64,000 nt of DNA from the human T2T-CHM13v2.0 reference genome, Homo sapiens, in NCBI RefSeq assembly GCF_009914755.1, contig NC_060929.1, one strand, 5' to 3'. This document shows positions 59,936 to 64,000 of this stretch, in pieces. The notes beneath the pieces are model-generated. The model ran no database searches. It saw only the letters and a program-made list of their open reading frames with translations, and was not told where the DNA came from. How positions within the stretch are numbered: the first letter of the stretch is position 1; each line of letters begins with the position of its first letter. The translations under genes and the position numbers were made by a program.

Positions 59936-60947
59936 ATGGGGAAAAAACAGAGCAGAAAAGCTGAAAATTCTAAAAATCAGAGCGCCTCTCCCCCTCCAAA
60001 GGAACGCAGCTCCTCGCCAGCAATGGAACATAGCTGTATGGAGAATGACTTTGACAAGTTGAGAGAAGAAGGCTTCATACTATCAAGCTTCTCTGAGCTA
60101 AAGGAGGAAGTTCAAACCCATCGCAAAGAAGCTAAAAACCTTGGAAAAAGGTTAGACGAATGCCTAACTAGAATAACCAATGGAGAGAAGTCCTTAAATG
60201 ACCTGAAGGAGCTGAAAACCATGGCACAAGAACTACATGACGAATACACAAGCTTCAGTAGCCGATTTGATCAACTGGAAGAAAGGGTATAAGTGATTGA
60301 AGACCAAATGAATGAAATGAAGTGAGAAGTTTAGAGAAAAAAGAGTAAAAAGAAATGAACAAAGCCTCCAAGAAATATGGGACTATGTGAAAAGACCAAA
60401 TCTACGTCTCATTGGTGTACCTGAAAGTGACGGGAAGAATGGGACCAAGTTGGAAAACACTCTGCAGGATATTATCCAGGAGAACTTCCCCAACCTAGCA
60501 AGGCAGGCCAACATTCAAATTCAGGAAATACAGAGAATGCCACAAAGATACTCCTCGAGAAGAGCAACTCCAAGACACATAATTGTCAGATTCACCAAAG
60601 TTGAAGTGAAGGAAAAAATGTTAAAGGCAGCCAGAGAGAAAGGTTGGGTTACCCACAAAGGGAAGCCCATCAGACTAACAGCAGATCTCTCAGCAGAAAC
60701 TCTACAAGCCAGAGGAGAGTGGGGGCCAATATTCAACATTCTTAAAGAAAAGAATTTTCAACCCACAATTTCATGGCCAACCAAACTAAGCTTCATAAGT
60801 GAAGGAGAAATAAAATCCTTTACAGACAAGCAAATGCTGAGAGATATCACCACCACCAGGTCTGCCCTAAAAGAGCTCATGAAGGAAGCACTAAGCATGG
60901 AAAGGAACAACCAGTACCAGCCACTGCAAAAACATGACAAATTGTAA
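59936..60947 (+). pseudogene. Disrupted L1 ORF1p
   Basis: MGKKQSRK... premature TAA at 60290; resumes KRPNLRLIGVPE. Confidence 0.94.
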
Positions 60948-61010
60948 AGACCATCAATGCTAGGAAGAAACTGCATCAACTAATGAGCAAAATAACCAGC
61001 TAACATCATA

Positions 61011-64000
<2,990 letters not shown>

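Overview
Primate (very probably human) genomic DNA, mostly interspersed repeats: Alu, L1PA/L1PB/L1M, LTR12C, a full-length THE1, MLT/MST LTRs, Tigger1/4/7, Ricksha, MIR and L2. There is no intact protein-coding gene, RNA gene or CRISPR array; nearly all ORFs in the supplied track are disrupted L1 ORF1/ORF2, Alu or LTR read-through. The window most likely lies in large introns of a minus-strand gene. A clean 72-nt phase-symmetric exon candidate sits at 50153-50224 (-) (KVLTSTANLRRISVDGKSEKSVK; gene not recognised), and most large L1s lie on +, the usual antisense bias inside introns. I cannot support a wholly new biological system. The best leads are: this exon with an exon-like signal nested on the opposite strand, a frame-compatible L1-derived cassette exon, a dense TGACAG (MEIS/TALE) motif cluster, an LTR12C promoter in the inferred sense orientation, an Alu-L1 microhomology fusion, a 43-bp locally templated insertion, and several nested insertion histories. 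Family and subfamily calls come from recall of consensus sequences, not from a database search; boundaries without a stated TSD are approximate.
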